Below, in pieces: positions 44,397-57,668 of a stretch of 64,000 nucleotides of DNA (position 1 is the first letter of the stretch; each line of letters opens with the position of its first letter). Made by a program: the position numbers and the translations under genes. Origin of the DNA: Squalus acanthias (taxonomy: Eukaryota); contig JASTWF010000342.1 of NCBI GenBank assembly GCA_030390025.1, forward strand, positions 62,001 to 126,000, written 5' to 3'. The notes below the pieces were generated by a model. The model ran no database searches. It saw only the letters and a list, made by a program, of their open reading frames with translations, and was not told the DNA's origin.

Positions 44397-46918
44397 CACT
44401 CAGTTATACAAAACCACTACGAAAAAGTATAATAAGAATAAAACCGGATGGACCACCTGGCATTGACCTACACATTAGATTTGAAAAGACTAGTCAAGCA
44501 ACAGCCTGATATAGTCATACTCACAGAGTCATACCTTTCAGCCAATGTCCCAGCCTCCTCCATCACCATCCCTGTGTATGTCCTGTTCAGAGGGGATAGC
44601 ACAGTGGTATACAGTCAGGAGGGAGTGGCCTAGGAGTCCTCAACATTGACTCCAGATACCATGAAGTCTCATGGCATCAGGCCAAACATGGGCAAGGAAA
44701 CCTACTGCTGATTACCTACTACCAACATCCCACAGTACTCCTCCATGTTGAACACCACTTGGAAGAAGCACTAAGGGCAGCAAGGGTGGGGATTTCAATA
44801 TCGATCACCAGGAGTGGCTCGGTAGCACCACTACTGACTGAGCTGGACGAGTCCTGAACAACATAGCTGCCAGACTGGCCTTGCGGCAGGTGGTGAGAGA
44901 ACCAACAGGAGGGAAAATCTTACGTGCCTTGTCCTCACCAATCTACCTGTTGCAGATGCATCTGTCCATGGTAGGAGTGACCACCACATAGTCCTTGTGC
45001 AGACCAAGTCCCGTCTTCACACTGAGGACACCCTCAGTACTCCTCCATGCGCTGTGGGCCATTAGCAGTAGCAGAATTATATTCCACCACAACCTGTAGC
45101 CTGATGGCCCGGTATATCCCTCACTGTACCATTAACATCAAGCCAAGGGGACCAACCCTGGTCAATGAGGAGTGCAGAAGAGCCTGCCAGGAGCAGCACC
45201 AGGCATACCTAAAAATGCCATCCTGGCGAAGCTACAACACAGGACTACATGCATGCTAAGCAGTGGTAGCAGCATGCTATAGCAGAGCTAAGCGATCCCA
45301 CAATCAACGGATCAGATCAAAGCTGTGCAGCCCTGTCACATCCAGTCGTGATTGGTGGTGGACAATTAAACAACTAACGGGAGAAGGAGGCTCCATGAAC
45401 ATCCCTATCCTCAATGATGGCAGAGCCCAGCACGCGAGTGCAAAAGACAAGGCTGAAGCGTTCACAACCATCTTCAGCCAGAAGTGCCGAGTGGATGATC
45501 AATCTCGCCTTCCTCCTGAGGTTCCCACCATCACAGAAGCCAGCCTTCAAACAATTCGATTCACTCCACGTGATATCAAGAAAAGGCCACTGGTTACAGC
45601 AACAGCTATGGGCCCCGACAGCATCCTGGTTGCAGTGCTGAAGACGTGTACTCCAGAATAGCTGCGCCTCTATCCATGCTATTCCAGTACAGCTACAACA
45701 CTGGCATTTACCCGACAAAGTGGAAAATTGCCCAGGTATGTCCTGTCCACAAAAAGCAGGACAAATCAAATCCCGCCAATTACCACCCCATCAGCCTACT
45801 CTCAATCATCAGCAAAGTGATGGAAGGTGTCGTTGACAGTGGTATCAAGCGGTACTTACTCACCAATAACCTGCTCACCGATGCTCAGTTTGTGTTCCAC
45901 CAGGACCACTCAGCTCCTAACCTCATTGCAGCCTTGATGCAAATATGGACAAATGAGCTGAATTCCAGAAGTGAGGTGAGAGTGACTGCCCTTGACATCG
46001 AGGCAGCATTTGACCGAGTGTGGCATCAAGGAGCCCTAGTAAAATTGATGTCAATGGGAATCAGGGAGAAAACTTTACACTGATTGGAGTCATACCTAGC
46101 ACAAAGGAAGATGGTTGTGGTTCTTGGAGGCCAATCATCTCAGCCCCAAGACATCGCTGCAGCAGTTCTTCAGGGCAGTGTCCTAGGCCCACCACCTTTA
46201 GCTGTTACGTCAATGACCTTCCCTGCATCAGAATTTGAGAAGTGCGGATGTTCGCTGATGATTGCACAGTGTTCAGTTGCAATCGCAACTTCTCAGATAA
46301 TGAAGCAGTCCATGTCCGCAGGCAGTAAGACCTGGACAACATTCAGGCATGGGCTTATAAGTGGCAAGTAACATTCGTGCCACCACAAATGCCAGGCAAT
46401 GACCATCTCCAACAAGAGGAAGTCTAACTACCTCCCCTTGGCATTCAATGGCATTACAATCGTTGAAGCCTGCACCATCAACATCCTGGAGGGTCAGCAT
46501 TGACCAGAACTTAACCAGACCAGCCACAAAAAAGCTATGGCTACAAGAACAGAAGCTGGGTATTCTGTGTCAAGTGCCTCACCTCCTGACTCCCCAAAGC
46601 CTTTCCATCAGCTACAAGCTACAAGTCAGGAGTGTGATGGAATACTCTCCACTTGCCTGGATGAGTGCAGCTCCAACAACACTCAAGAAGCTCGACTCCA
46701 TCCAGGACAAAGCAGCCCGCTTGATTAGCACCCTATCCACCACGTTAAACATTCACTCCCTCCACCACCGGCGTACCGTGGCTGCAGTGTGTACCATCTA
46801 CAAGATACACTACAGCAACTCACCAAGGCTTCTTCGACAGCACCTCCCAAACTCGCGACCTCTTCCACCTAGAAGGATAAGGGCAGCAGGCACATGGGAA
46901 CACCACCACCTTCAAATT

Positions 46919-48585
46919 TGTAAGGGATTCCTGACCCTGCGTGTCTCGCAGCCTGTGAGATTCACGCGGCTCTGTGCAGCCTGTATGTCAGTGCGGGTCT
47001 AGGCCTGGTTGCCTGTTCTGGTCTCCAGCCAGTCTGGGAACACTAGACACACCTGTGAGTGGTTCGAATCACTCTCCCTTACGGTTCTAGACACTGGACT
47101 TAGATGCGAGAGCAGTAATGGAGATAAAACTCATGTAGACTTGGTTTGAATGGTACGAAATGGAAAATCTTTATTGCATGATACTTAAAATTATGAAATA
47201 CATGTCATAAGCACAGATTAATGACAGTACAATCTTACAAACAGTTATATAGTCGATCTTAGGGAAACGAGGAACGAACGGCACAACGTAAATAGGGGCA
47301 CACATTACAAATATCCTTAATCTTTAAACCCTCCCCTATCAATATCTATCCTAAACTAGCTTCGTAGGATCTCGAGACTCATGCTCACCACTCGTGATAA
47401 CTCGGAGAAATTCCGAATAGCTGATCGGATGTTTTTCACCGCAGCACCCACGTGTCGGTCAGGAGATCTCCTGGTCCCACTTGTTTACTTGCTTCTGCTG
47501 CTTCGGCTAGTAGGCTGGACCGTCTGCTGTGATGAAGACCTCTGTTGGTGGGTTTCACAGATCAGTCAATATCTCAAAGGAGAATCTTCCGGGGTCTGTT
47601 CTTTAAAGTTCAAAGAAGTCTTCCTGGCAAGGAGAAACTTGGCTGATCGACCTACAGGCGCGGTCGGGATTTACTGACCGTGGCGATGGATATGGTCTTC
47701 TTCTCTTCTCCTCTCATCTCATCTCATCTCATCTCATCTCGGGCCTTTGGTTCCGCTGCCAGTTACCAACATAGGTCTTCGTTACGCGACACGAGGTAGA
47801 TCCGAACGGATCAGAAAGTTCAACAGTCTTTTCAGAAGAGGCAACAGGCAAGCAGAAGCCCAACTACGAGTACACAGGAGCAGCCACGAGGTTACGAATC
47901 GACCGGATAAAACACAGGAGCAAGCGAGCGAACGCAGGAGCAAGAGCAAGAGAGAGAATGGACGGTTTGGAGCCTGCAATTATAGTGCAAAAATCTTCCG
48001 TTTCCCGCCCAACTATAATGTCCATTCTTTTGTTTAGGGTTTGGCGCCCAAATGTCTTGTATGGGTGATCTCCGTTCTTAATGGGTTTCGGGGCTACTCA
48101 TGAATGTTTGAGTACCTGTTAATATTTCTTCCATTGTTAAATCGGTCGGTGTTCTCCCTGGAGGGGTTTGGGGCTTCCAAGTGTCCTGTATAACTACCTG
48201 CTAACGGCTCTCTCATCGTAGAGTCGTTGGGAGTTTACATATTAATGTCTTTTGGATGGGCCCTTGATTACTCGGTACAATGGCTTTCCTTTGTACCTGG
48301 GAGACCGATTCCAGTATCTATGTTTATACTGCAAACCCATAATGTCTCGTGTATTATCTTCACTGTGCTGAATCGTTATCGATCTTGCACAAATGTTTAA
48401 TGGAACGCCATCTTGTCTGCCTGTTGAAAAGTCTAGAATGTTCTGTCACGAGGTGCGGCGGCCATTTTACAGGCTGCTTGTGTCCAATTTAAACCTGCCA
48501 GCATTCTGCTGAAATAAAAGCTGTTTGAACGAAACTTTGTGTTTTCTCCTTATTAATCAAATCGCGATATATTGCGAATTCTACA
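46919..48585 (-). repeat. Solo LTR of the provirus family (1667 bp)
   Basis: Reverse complement of the proviral LTR with indels; TSD AATT (46915-46918 / 48586-48589). Confidence 0.95.
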
Positions 48586-50871
48586 AATTCCCCTCCAAAT
48601 CACACACCATCCTGGCTTAGAAATATATCATCGTTCTTTCATCGTCGCGGGGTCAAAATCCTGGAACTCCCTCCCTAACAGCACTGTGGGAGTACCATCA
48701 CCACACAGACAGCAGCGGTTCAAGAAGACGGCTCACCACCACCTTCTCAAGGGCAATTATGGATAGTCAATATGCCCACATCTCGTGAGTGAATAAAAAA
48801 AATTGCAGTAGCATAACCACTGCAGCTAATTATCAAGTTCTTCTCTCTGCTATATTACCGAATGATGTTTTTGAACAACTTCAGGGATATAATTTAGATC
48901 ACAATTAAGAACAATTCAAAAACAGCATTTTGCTCAAATTACAGCAGACTCTTGACTTCAATCATGTTGGCCCCTGAAGATTTTGTCTTGCAAGAAACTT
49001 TTTCAAAATAGCCTCAGTTCTTTAAATAAATAATAATGTGAATTGGAATTAATCACATAACTCAAAGAAAATCTTATCTTCATCAATCGTGTAGGTATAA
49101 TAATTATGCTATAGGTGAGGATATAAACTATTATCACATTCTTTTTAAACATGCAAATCAGTTGAATTACAAAACAAACTTCACCCTATAACTCAAAAAA
49201 CAATCATGTCATTATGAAATTGGAGAGAATGTTAAAAGAGACAAATATATTCATGAGTGTGATAATGGGATGCAATTAATGTGTGCAGCTGAGGTTATTT
49301 AGAGAAAAGACATTCCCTGTAACTCAAGGAATATAATTGTGGGGCTGATTTTCATGGTTCCCCATTGCTTGTGTGCTAAAGTGGGGGGAGCACACCAGTG
49401 TTAGGATTACCCACATTTCTTGTGTTCTTCCATTAGCATGGGGTAGCGTCTCATACAAACAGGCACTGTGGCTGTTGGTTGGATGCATTGTTCTGAAGTG
49501 CAGGAAATAGCTGGGCAGCATCAGGCTTTCAAGGTGTGCAGACAGTAAGGGGGCTATGGCGAGTTGTTGAAGTTCTACAATAGCTCTATTGTCAATTGAT
49601 AGTGCATCTTTTATATCAGTGAAGTCATTCAAATAAAGCTGTCTAAAGCAATTTTTCTTTTACATCCTTCCAGGAATGGAGGAAGAACCAACAGCAGGGC
49701 CTCGGAGCCACACTCTGCAAACTTCTCACCACCCACTTCATCGCACACTCTCAATCTACCAACCACCAGTCCAGGTTAAGCAACCATGGGGGAAATAGCT
49801 AGTGATAGCTTTTGGTGATGCACTGAACACAGGTGTGGTACACCACAGGGAGGAGTTCAGAAGGAAGGCAAATCATTTCAAAGCACGAAGGAATGTTGTA
49901 GTCATTAGCGGATGCGCCATGCAGCTTCTGACACATGGCGGCAAGTGTGGAAGAGTCCACCAGCAGAATGTAGGAGCTCCTTGTGCAAGGCATCGAGAGC
50001 ATGCAGTCAGCCTTGGAGTGATTGAAAATGGGTTCCCGGGTGGATGTCTCTGCACTGATGCTTGAAAGGGAAATAGTAAATGAAAGTGAATGCTCCAGTG
50101 CACAGGCAGGGCTGAATCCAATGGTGCTGCTTTATGTGGCACATCTAGAGGAAGAAAAGAGGTTCAAATGAAAGGTTGATTAGCTGAGTTTGCATGGTAT
50201 TTTCAGGAGGGCTAACATGAAATAAGAACATAAGAAGTAGGAGCAGGAGTAGGCCACACGGCCCCTTGAGCCTGCTCCCCTATTCAATAAGATTGTTGGT
50301 GATCTTCAACCTCAACTCCACTTTCCTGCCTGATCTCTATATCCCTTGATTCCCCTAGAGTCCAAAAATCTATCTATCTCAGCCTTGAATATACTCAAAG
50401 ATTCAGCATCCACAGCCCTTTGGGGTAGAGAATTCCAAAGATTCACAACCCTCTGAGTGAAGAAGTTCCTCCTCATCTCAGTCTTGAATAGCCAACCCAT
50501 TATCCTGAGACTTGGGGGAGAAATCCATTATAGCCCAGGAATGGGCGGTAACTTTTGAAAAGTTTGAGAATTAGCACCAGGCGCTAATGAATCATGCTGC
50601 ATGCAAAATTGAGTCTCATTGCTCAAAGAAAGGATTGAAGCACTCAATCAAGCACTAATGGCCTAGCTCAGTGGTGCTACACTCAAAGCACTAACCAATA
50701 TCAGGTGCAGTCTAATCGCAAGTCATCATTGCCCAGGCTTTTTCCAGTACTTAAAGGGGAGGTTCATTGATGCTGCAGAATCTCATTCTCAGCATTGCTG
50801 GCTGTGAACCTGTGTCAGCAAGCAGGAGCAGGCCAAGCCCAAGGAGCCGGACAACTCAAGCAGGTGTTGTG

Positions 50872-52731
50872 ATGGCAGATCCACGCCCCAGGGAGAGAGC
50901 CTGCAGATTTTCGGATCAAGCATTGGAGGAGTTGGTGTCTGCTGTGGAGAGACGGAGAGCAGTGTTCGACCCGACAAGTGGCAGGAGGCCCTCGCCATTC
51001 ATCTTCCATGCCATGTGGAGGGAGGTTGCCCAGCATGTGGAGGGCAGCACTGTGTTCCCCAGGACCCACACACAGGAAGAAATTTAGTGACCTCACTCGG
51101 GTCAATGCCTCACTAAATGCTACATACCACCGTCTGAACCATAGTCTGCACACACTGGCCAAAGCACCACACCCCCAGTGATCACCCACCAACAATCTCT
51201 ACCTACCAACACTCACACCTACATCTCACACCTTGCACACAATGACAGCTATTCAATTCTGGCAGGCACATCACCCAAACACATTGCTCCACACTTACGC
51301 ATACACTTTCCTTTCTCTTGCAGGCCAAGGTGGTTCACAACAGGAGGGAGCAGGAGCGCACAGGTGGGGGACAAGCCGACACCCAACCACTGTCTGCGTT
51401 GGAAAATAGAGTGCTGCAGATTATTAGGTGCCAGGTGGTGGGTGCCGTGGCCACCGGCGACGTTGACCCCCTTGGGGACAACAACGGTATGTTCATCCCG
51501 ACTCCTTCTTCTCACATCCCACTTCCCCATCATCTCAAACGTTTCACATTTTCCAGCTAATCAGGCTGTATGCATGCATTTCTCCCTTCCTGCCCCCTCC
51601 CCTCACCTTAACCTGACTATTGTGCCTTTATTCTTTCAGATAATGAGCAAGCACCTGAGCAGCCTGTCCCTGAGGGCACCATTGAGAGCGAGGTGGGAGA
51701 AGAGGAGGATGAAGAACACACCGCGTCACTGCATGTCTCACCCGCAGGCACCAGCTCAGATACTGGCAATCCGCATTCTTTAGAGGCTAGTATAGTAGCG
51801 GGATCTGCACAGGGTGATGCACCAGGGACGAGTGGGCTGCAGCAAGGCCAGGGGGAAGGGGTAGCTCAGGGGCCAGCTCCCCGGAGGGCGAGTTCGCGCG
51901 TGAATTCTGCTGCACAGGACTCAGATGAGGACCTCGATGGGGAGGCCCTTAGAAGAAGGGTGATGGTCATGCACACGGAGATGATAGGTGCAATAGCAAG
52001 GGTGCCCGAGAGCCTGTCAGCAATGGTAAGGAGCGTGAAGGAGTCCGCCTCCAACATTGCACAGAGCTCTGCGCACTCCATGGGGCCTTATTTTCCAGAG
52101 AGACAGTGGTGACCCAGACCTGATGCTGCATGTGATGGGTGATCTGGCAGCTTTCATTGCAGCACAGGCGGAATCGACGCAAAATCTTAGTGCTGTAATG
52201 CAGTCTATGGTTGGTGCCATTCAATCTCAAACTGCTCTCAAGCAGTCTCAGCTTGATGCCACGCAAGCTCTGACTGCTGCCATCGTGGCTGGGTCTACCA
52301 CCGTCGACCGGGGCATTCACGGTGCCGCAGCAGGCCAGCAATCTGTGCTCAAGCAGATTGCTAGGGATGCTGAGGTGCTGCCCCGGGGGAGTGGCAGTGG
52401 GTCAGTGGAGCAGGAAGCTGCTGTCCTCTCTCAGGATGACAGCATTCCTGCTCCCACCACTACCACTCCGCCATTGCCCTTGTCGCTGCCTGTCATCCAG
52501 CCAGCCCAGACTGCTGCCGCCCATGCTGAGGTGGTGCAGTCTACAGCCAGGCCTTCCAGGCCCAGAGCTGGTCGAGGGAGTCCTGCAAGGTCATCTGAAG
52601 TCTCCCGCACGGACATTCCGCAGCCTTCCACCAGCCCTGCTGCAGCCACTGGGCCAACACTTCGTAGGAGCACTAGAGTAGGCAAAGGCACTGTAACGAG
52701 AGGCACTAGGGGATTGCACAAGGGTGAATAG
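50872..52731 (+). pseudogene. Harbinger Myb/SANT-like protein gene (three exons, frameshifts)
   Basis: RFSDQALEELV..WREVA..RKKFSDL; exon 2 about 51324-51486 between tttctcttgcag and gtatgt; exon 3 from about 51640. Confidence 0.8.
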
Positions 52732-52896
52732 TTAATATTGTTGTTGTAAATATGTCTTAACTGATTATTGATAAATTTATTAATTCAGTTTGGATTGTTT
52801 TGTGGTGTGTCTCATTTCAGCATTCCGCTGTGAAATGGCCTGCGACAGGGATGGAATGATGGGGATGTGGTGAGCAACAGGGATCTGGGGTTTAAT

Positions 52897-52980
52897 TTAT
52901 TGGAACCGCAGTCTGATGAGACGGTCACAGACCGCCCTTCTGGAAGGCCGAGTGAGTGGCTGCCTCCTCCCTTGTTCCTG

Positions 52981-53014
<34 letters not shown>

Positions 53015-54072
53015 TCTTCCTCCTCGTCCTCCTCCTGAGCTGGTCCCGCAATCTCTAGTGGCAAGGGCTGGGCCCTCATGATGGCCAAGTTGTGGAGCAT
53101 GCAGCAGACCACCACGAAATGGGACACCCGCTCAGCCGAATACTGGAGGGCTCCTCCCAAGTGGTCAAGGAAGCGGAACTGTTACTTCAGCAGGCCAATG
53201 GCCTGCTCGATGATGTTCCTGGTGGTGGCATGGCTCTCATTATATAAGTGTTGGGCAGGAGTGTTGGGGTTGCGGAGGGGAGTCATGGGCCAGGTGGAGA
53301 GTGGATAGCTCTTGTCTCCGAGCAACCAGCCGCGAGCTTGATGTGGTGGCTGGAAGAGTGCTGGCACACCGGTCTGACACAGGATGGAGACATCATGGCT
53401 GCTTCCAGGATAGTGGGCATTCACATTGGGATTTCGCCGTCTGTGGTCGAACACCAACTGCACATTAAGTGAATGGTAGCCTTTGTGGTTACAGAAGATG
53501 TCAGGATTGTTCTGCGGTGCCCGTAAAGCCACGTGGGTGCAGTCAATGGCACGCTGCACCATGGGGAATTCCACTATCCTGGCAAAGCCACATGCATGCT
53601 TGTCCTGCTTCTCTCTGGTGATGGGAAAGGAAATGTAATCCCTTCTCCAACTGTAGAGAGCCTCTGTGATCTTCCAGATGCAGCGATGGACAGCAAACTG
53701 CGAGTTGTTAGCTATGTCTCCTGTTGCACACTGGAATGATCTGCTGGCGAAGAAATTGAGGGCGACGGTGAGCTTGACTACCACTGAGAGAGCTGCGGTC
53801 ACCCTGATCTAAGGCTCGAGGTCTGGTTGCAGGAGGTTGCAGAGTTCTGTGACCACCTCTTTGGTGAAGTAGAGCCTTCTAATACACTGCTCCTCGCTTA
53901 ATTGGAGGCAGAAGACGTGCTGTCGGAATGACCTCAGAGGGTAAGGCCTCCTGTTGAGAGCCCTCATGGCCTCCCTCCTCCCTCTGGCCACATGTTCCAA
54001 TCTTTCTCGCTGCCTGGGCATCCTCCACCGCATTTCCTGGAGGGCAAGGTCAATTGCCAGTACAGCCCCCAT
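52897..54072 (-). pseudogene. Harbinger DDE transposase (HARBI1-like), disrupted
   Basis: [53 protein letters not shown] and Glu-rich tail. Confidence 0.9.
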
Positions 54073-55184
54073 TACAAGTAACGAGGTGTAGCACTTTGAT
54101 ATATTGTGAGAATAAATGTCACTAATTTTTAGTCTCCACAACACCCCAGAGACTAAACAACCTTTAAATGACTGAATTAAATGGTTGTACATTGTCAAAC
54201 TGACAAGGAAGCAGTGAAACAGCACTAACCTGAGAGCTGCGACTCATTACTCATGACCTCTTTAAGTAGCACCCATGGAGCCGGCTACTGACTGCTTCAT
54301 GCCTCCTCTCCCTGTCGCTATTGGGGTGAGGCACTAAGGCAGGAGGGCGACAATGAATTTTGTAGATCGGGCACCCAGTGAGCATTGCACACTCACTGAC
54401 GTCATGATCTGTGTGGCTCTGAAGTCCCCGGCGCTAACTCATAGCGGCGGCAATACTGGGGGGGCCGGATTTGGCATGTGTCACTGGATTCACCTCGCCG
54501 TGGTGCTACTGCCTCAGCGCCCCATTAGCGCACCCGCCAGGCGCTAACTGGAAGCGCTAAGGTACCAAATTTCTCCCCCTTAGTCCCCTAGTTCTAGACT
54601 CTCCAGCCAAGGGAAACAACCTTTCAGAATCTACCCTGTCACACCCCTCAGAATCTTACCTGTTTCAATGAGATCACCTCTCATTCTTCTAAACTCCAGA
54701 GAGTATAGGCCCAATCTACTCAATCTCTGCTGATAGGACAGCCCTCTCAACCCAAGAATCAATCTAGTGAACCTTTGTTGCACCGCATCTGAGGCAAGTA
54801 CATCCTTCCTCAGATAAGGAGACCTAAACTGTGCACAGTACTCCAGGTGTGGTCTCACCAAAGCCCTGTACAATTATAGCAAGACTTCCTTACTCTTATA
54901 CTCCAACACTCTTGCAAAAAAGGCCAACATGCCATTTGCCTTCTTATTGCTTGCTGTACCTGCATGCTAACTCTCTGTACGAGGACACCTAAATCTCTCT
55001 AAACACCAACATTTAATGGTTTCTCACCATTTAAAAAATATTCTGTTTTTCTATTCTTCCTACCAAAGTGAATAACCCAAATGTAGTGGGGGACCTCAGT
55101 AACACAAGCCATAAACACAATTGGAGCATCTCTCAAAATTGTTTTGCACTGCTGCAACAGATGCTTTTTGGTGCAAGATTCAAG

Positions 55185-55505
55185 AAAGAAATATGATAAG
55201 AACTTACATTTATACAGTGCCTTTCATGTCCTCAGTACATCCCAAAGCAATTCACAGTTATTGAATTAATTTTGAAGTTTGGTTATTGTTGTTAACTAGG
55301 CAAATGTGGCAGCCAATTTGCAAACAAGGTCGCACAAACAGTAATGTGATAAATGACTAGCTTATCTGTTTTTGGTGGTGCTGGTTAAGTGATAAATGTT
55401 AGCTAGGGCACAGGGAGTTCTCCCTTCATCTTCTTTGAATAGTGCCAAGGGATCGTTTGAAGCCACCTGAACAGGCAGATGGGGGACTTGGCTTAACATT
55501 CACCT
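55185..55505 (-). mobile_element. Old SINE fragment with L2-type 3' tail
   Basis: catttatacagtgcctttca..cccaaagca..caca resembles the reverse complement of an L2-type tail; family not determined. Confidence 0.45.
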
Positions 55506-55561
55506 GCTGCTTCCCTCCAACCCTGGGTGGCACAAATAAGGAAGCGGCCATTTTCGATGAT

Positions 55562-57668
55562 TAGAACATAAGAACATAAGAATTAGGAGCAGGAGTAGGC
55601 CACACGACCCTTCGAGCCTGCTCCGCCATTCAATGAGATCATGGCTCATCTTCGACCTCAACTCCACTTTCCCGCCCAATCTCCATATCCCTTGATTCCT
55701 CTAGAGTCCAAAAATCTATCTATCTCAGCCTTGAATATACTCAAAGACTCAGCATCCACAGCCCTCTGGGGCAGATAATTCCAAAGATTCACAACCCTCT
55801 GAGTGAAGAAATTCCTCCTCATCTCAGTCTTAAATGACCGATCCCTTATCCTGAGACTATGCCCCCTAGTTCTAGACTCTCCAGCCAGGGGAAACAACCT
55901 CTCAGCATCTACCCTGTCAATCCTCCTCAGATTCTTATATGTTTCAATGAGATCACCTCTCATTCTTCTAAACTCCAGAGAGTATAGGCCCATTCTACTC
56001 AATCTCTCCTCATAGGGCATACCTCTCATCCCAGGAATCAATCTAGTAAACCTTCGTTGCACCGCCTCTAAAGCATGTATGTCCTTTCTTAGATAAGGAG
56101 ACAAAAAGTGTGCACAGTACTCCAGGTGTGGTCTTACCAAAGCCTTGTACAATTGTAGTAAGACTTCCTCACTGTTGTACTCCAACCCCCTTGCAATAAA
56201 GGCCAACATGCCATTTGCCTTCCTAATTGCTTGTTGTACCTGCATGCTAACTCTGGATTTCCTGTACAAGGACACCTAAATCTCTCTGAACACCAACATT
56301 TAATAGTTTCTCACCAGTTAAAAAATATTCTGTTCCTCTATTCTTCCTACCAAAGTCAATAACCTCACATTTCCCCACATTATACTCCAACTGCCACCTT
56401 ATTGCCCACTCACTTAACCTGTCCAAATCCCTTTGCAAGTTCTTTGTGTCCTCCTCACAGCTTACTTTTCTACCTACCTTTGTATCATCAGCAAACGTGG
56501 ATCAATTGCACTCGGTCCCTTCATCTAAGTCATTAATATAGATTGTAAATAGCTTAGGCCCAAGCACTGATCCTTGCGGCACCCCACTAGTTACAGCATA
56601 CCAACTGGAAAATGACCTGTTTATCCCTACTCTCTGTTTTCGCTCCATTAACCAATCCTCTGTTCATGCTAATATATTACCACCAATCCCATGAGCCTTG
56701 TCGAATGCCTTTTGGAAATCCAAATATACTACATCCACTGGTTCCCCTTTATCTACCATACTAGTTACATCCTGAAAAAACTCTAATGAATTTGTTAAAC
56801 ACAAGTTCTCTTTCATAAACCCATGTTAACTCTGCCTAATCATATTATGATTTTCTAAGTGCCCTGTTACCACTTCCTTAATAATGGATTCCAGCATTTT
56901 CCCGATGATTGATGTCAGGCTAGCTGGCCTGTCGTTCCCCGTTTTCTCTCTCCTTCCTTTCTTGAATAGCGGGGTTACATTTGCTACCTTCCAATCTGCT
57001 GGGTCGTTCTAGAATCTTGAGAATTTTGGAAGATCACAACCAATGCATCCACTATCTCTGCAGCCACCTCTTTTAGAACCCTAGGATGTAGGCCATCAAG
57101 TCCAGTGGATTTGTTGGCTTTTAGTCTCATTAGTTTCTCAACTTTTTCTCTACTGATCTAAATTATTTTAATTTCCTCACTCTTGTTAGCCCCTTGGTTC
57201 CCCACTATTTCTGGTATGCTTTTTGCATCTTCTACTGTGAAGACAGGTACAAAATATTTGTTTAAAGTCTCTGCCATTTCCTTATTCCCCATTATAATTT
57301 CTCCTGTCTCAGCCAACTAACGCTTCCTTTTGCTACTCTCTTCCTTTTTACATACTTGTAGAAGCTCTTACAATCTGTTTTTTATATTTATTGCTAGTTT
57401 ACTCTCACATTCTATTTTATTTACTCTCATATTCTATTTTCTCCCTTTTTATCAATTTTTTGGTCATCCTCTGCTGGTTTCTAAAGCTCTCCCCATCCTC
57501 AGGTTTACTGCTATTCTTCACAAAATTATAAGCCTCTTCTTTTAATCTAATACTATCCTTAACTTCTTTAGTTAGCCACGGATTGATCACTTTTCTCGTG
57601 GAGTTTTTATTTCTCAATGGAATGTACATTCGTTGGGAATTTTGGAATAGTTCTTTAAATGTTTGCCA
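55562..57668 (-). mobile_element. 5'-truncated CR1 LINE
   Basis: 205-aa ORF2 C-terminal fragment, upstream PWLTKEVKDSI; (cttatgtt)n tail. Confidence 0.9.

Larger units (their letters stand above)
43590..48802 (+). mobile_element. Decayed APE-RT LINE (CR1/L2 group) with tRNA-like head and no visible ORF1
   Basis: PDIVILTES and GDFN endonuclease remnants; PVHKK..PISLLS, LDIEAAFDRVWH, QGSVLGP RT motifs; ends gaataaaaaaaa. Contains V-SINE and solo LTR insertions. Confidence 0.8.
50514..54579. mobile_element. Full-length decayed Harbinger/PIF transposon (about 4.07 kb)
   Basis: TIRs gggggagaaat (50514-50524) / atttctccccc (54569-54579); convergent Myb-like and transposase genes. No clean TSD recovered. 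Confidence 0.9.
50183..55078 (-). mobile_element. CR1 3' fragment split by a Harbinger (50183-50513 and 54580-55078)
   Basis: RPHLEYCAQF..MRGDLIET..RNFFTQRVVNLWN collinear across the insertion. Confidence 0.85.

Noticed and set aside
49341..50180. Apparent host exon after a polypyrimidine acceptor (about 49674)
   Set aside because: Downstream translation (SLADAPCS..MAASVEESTSRM) resembles Harbinger Myb-gene exon 3, so probably an old transposon remnant; too decayed to delimit.
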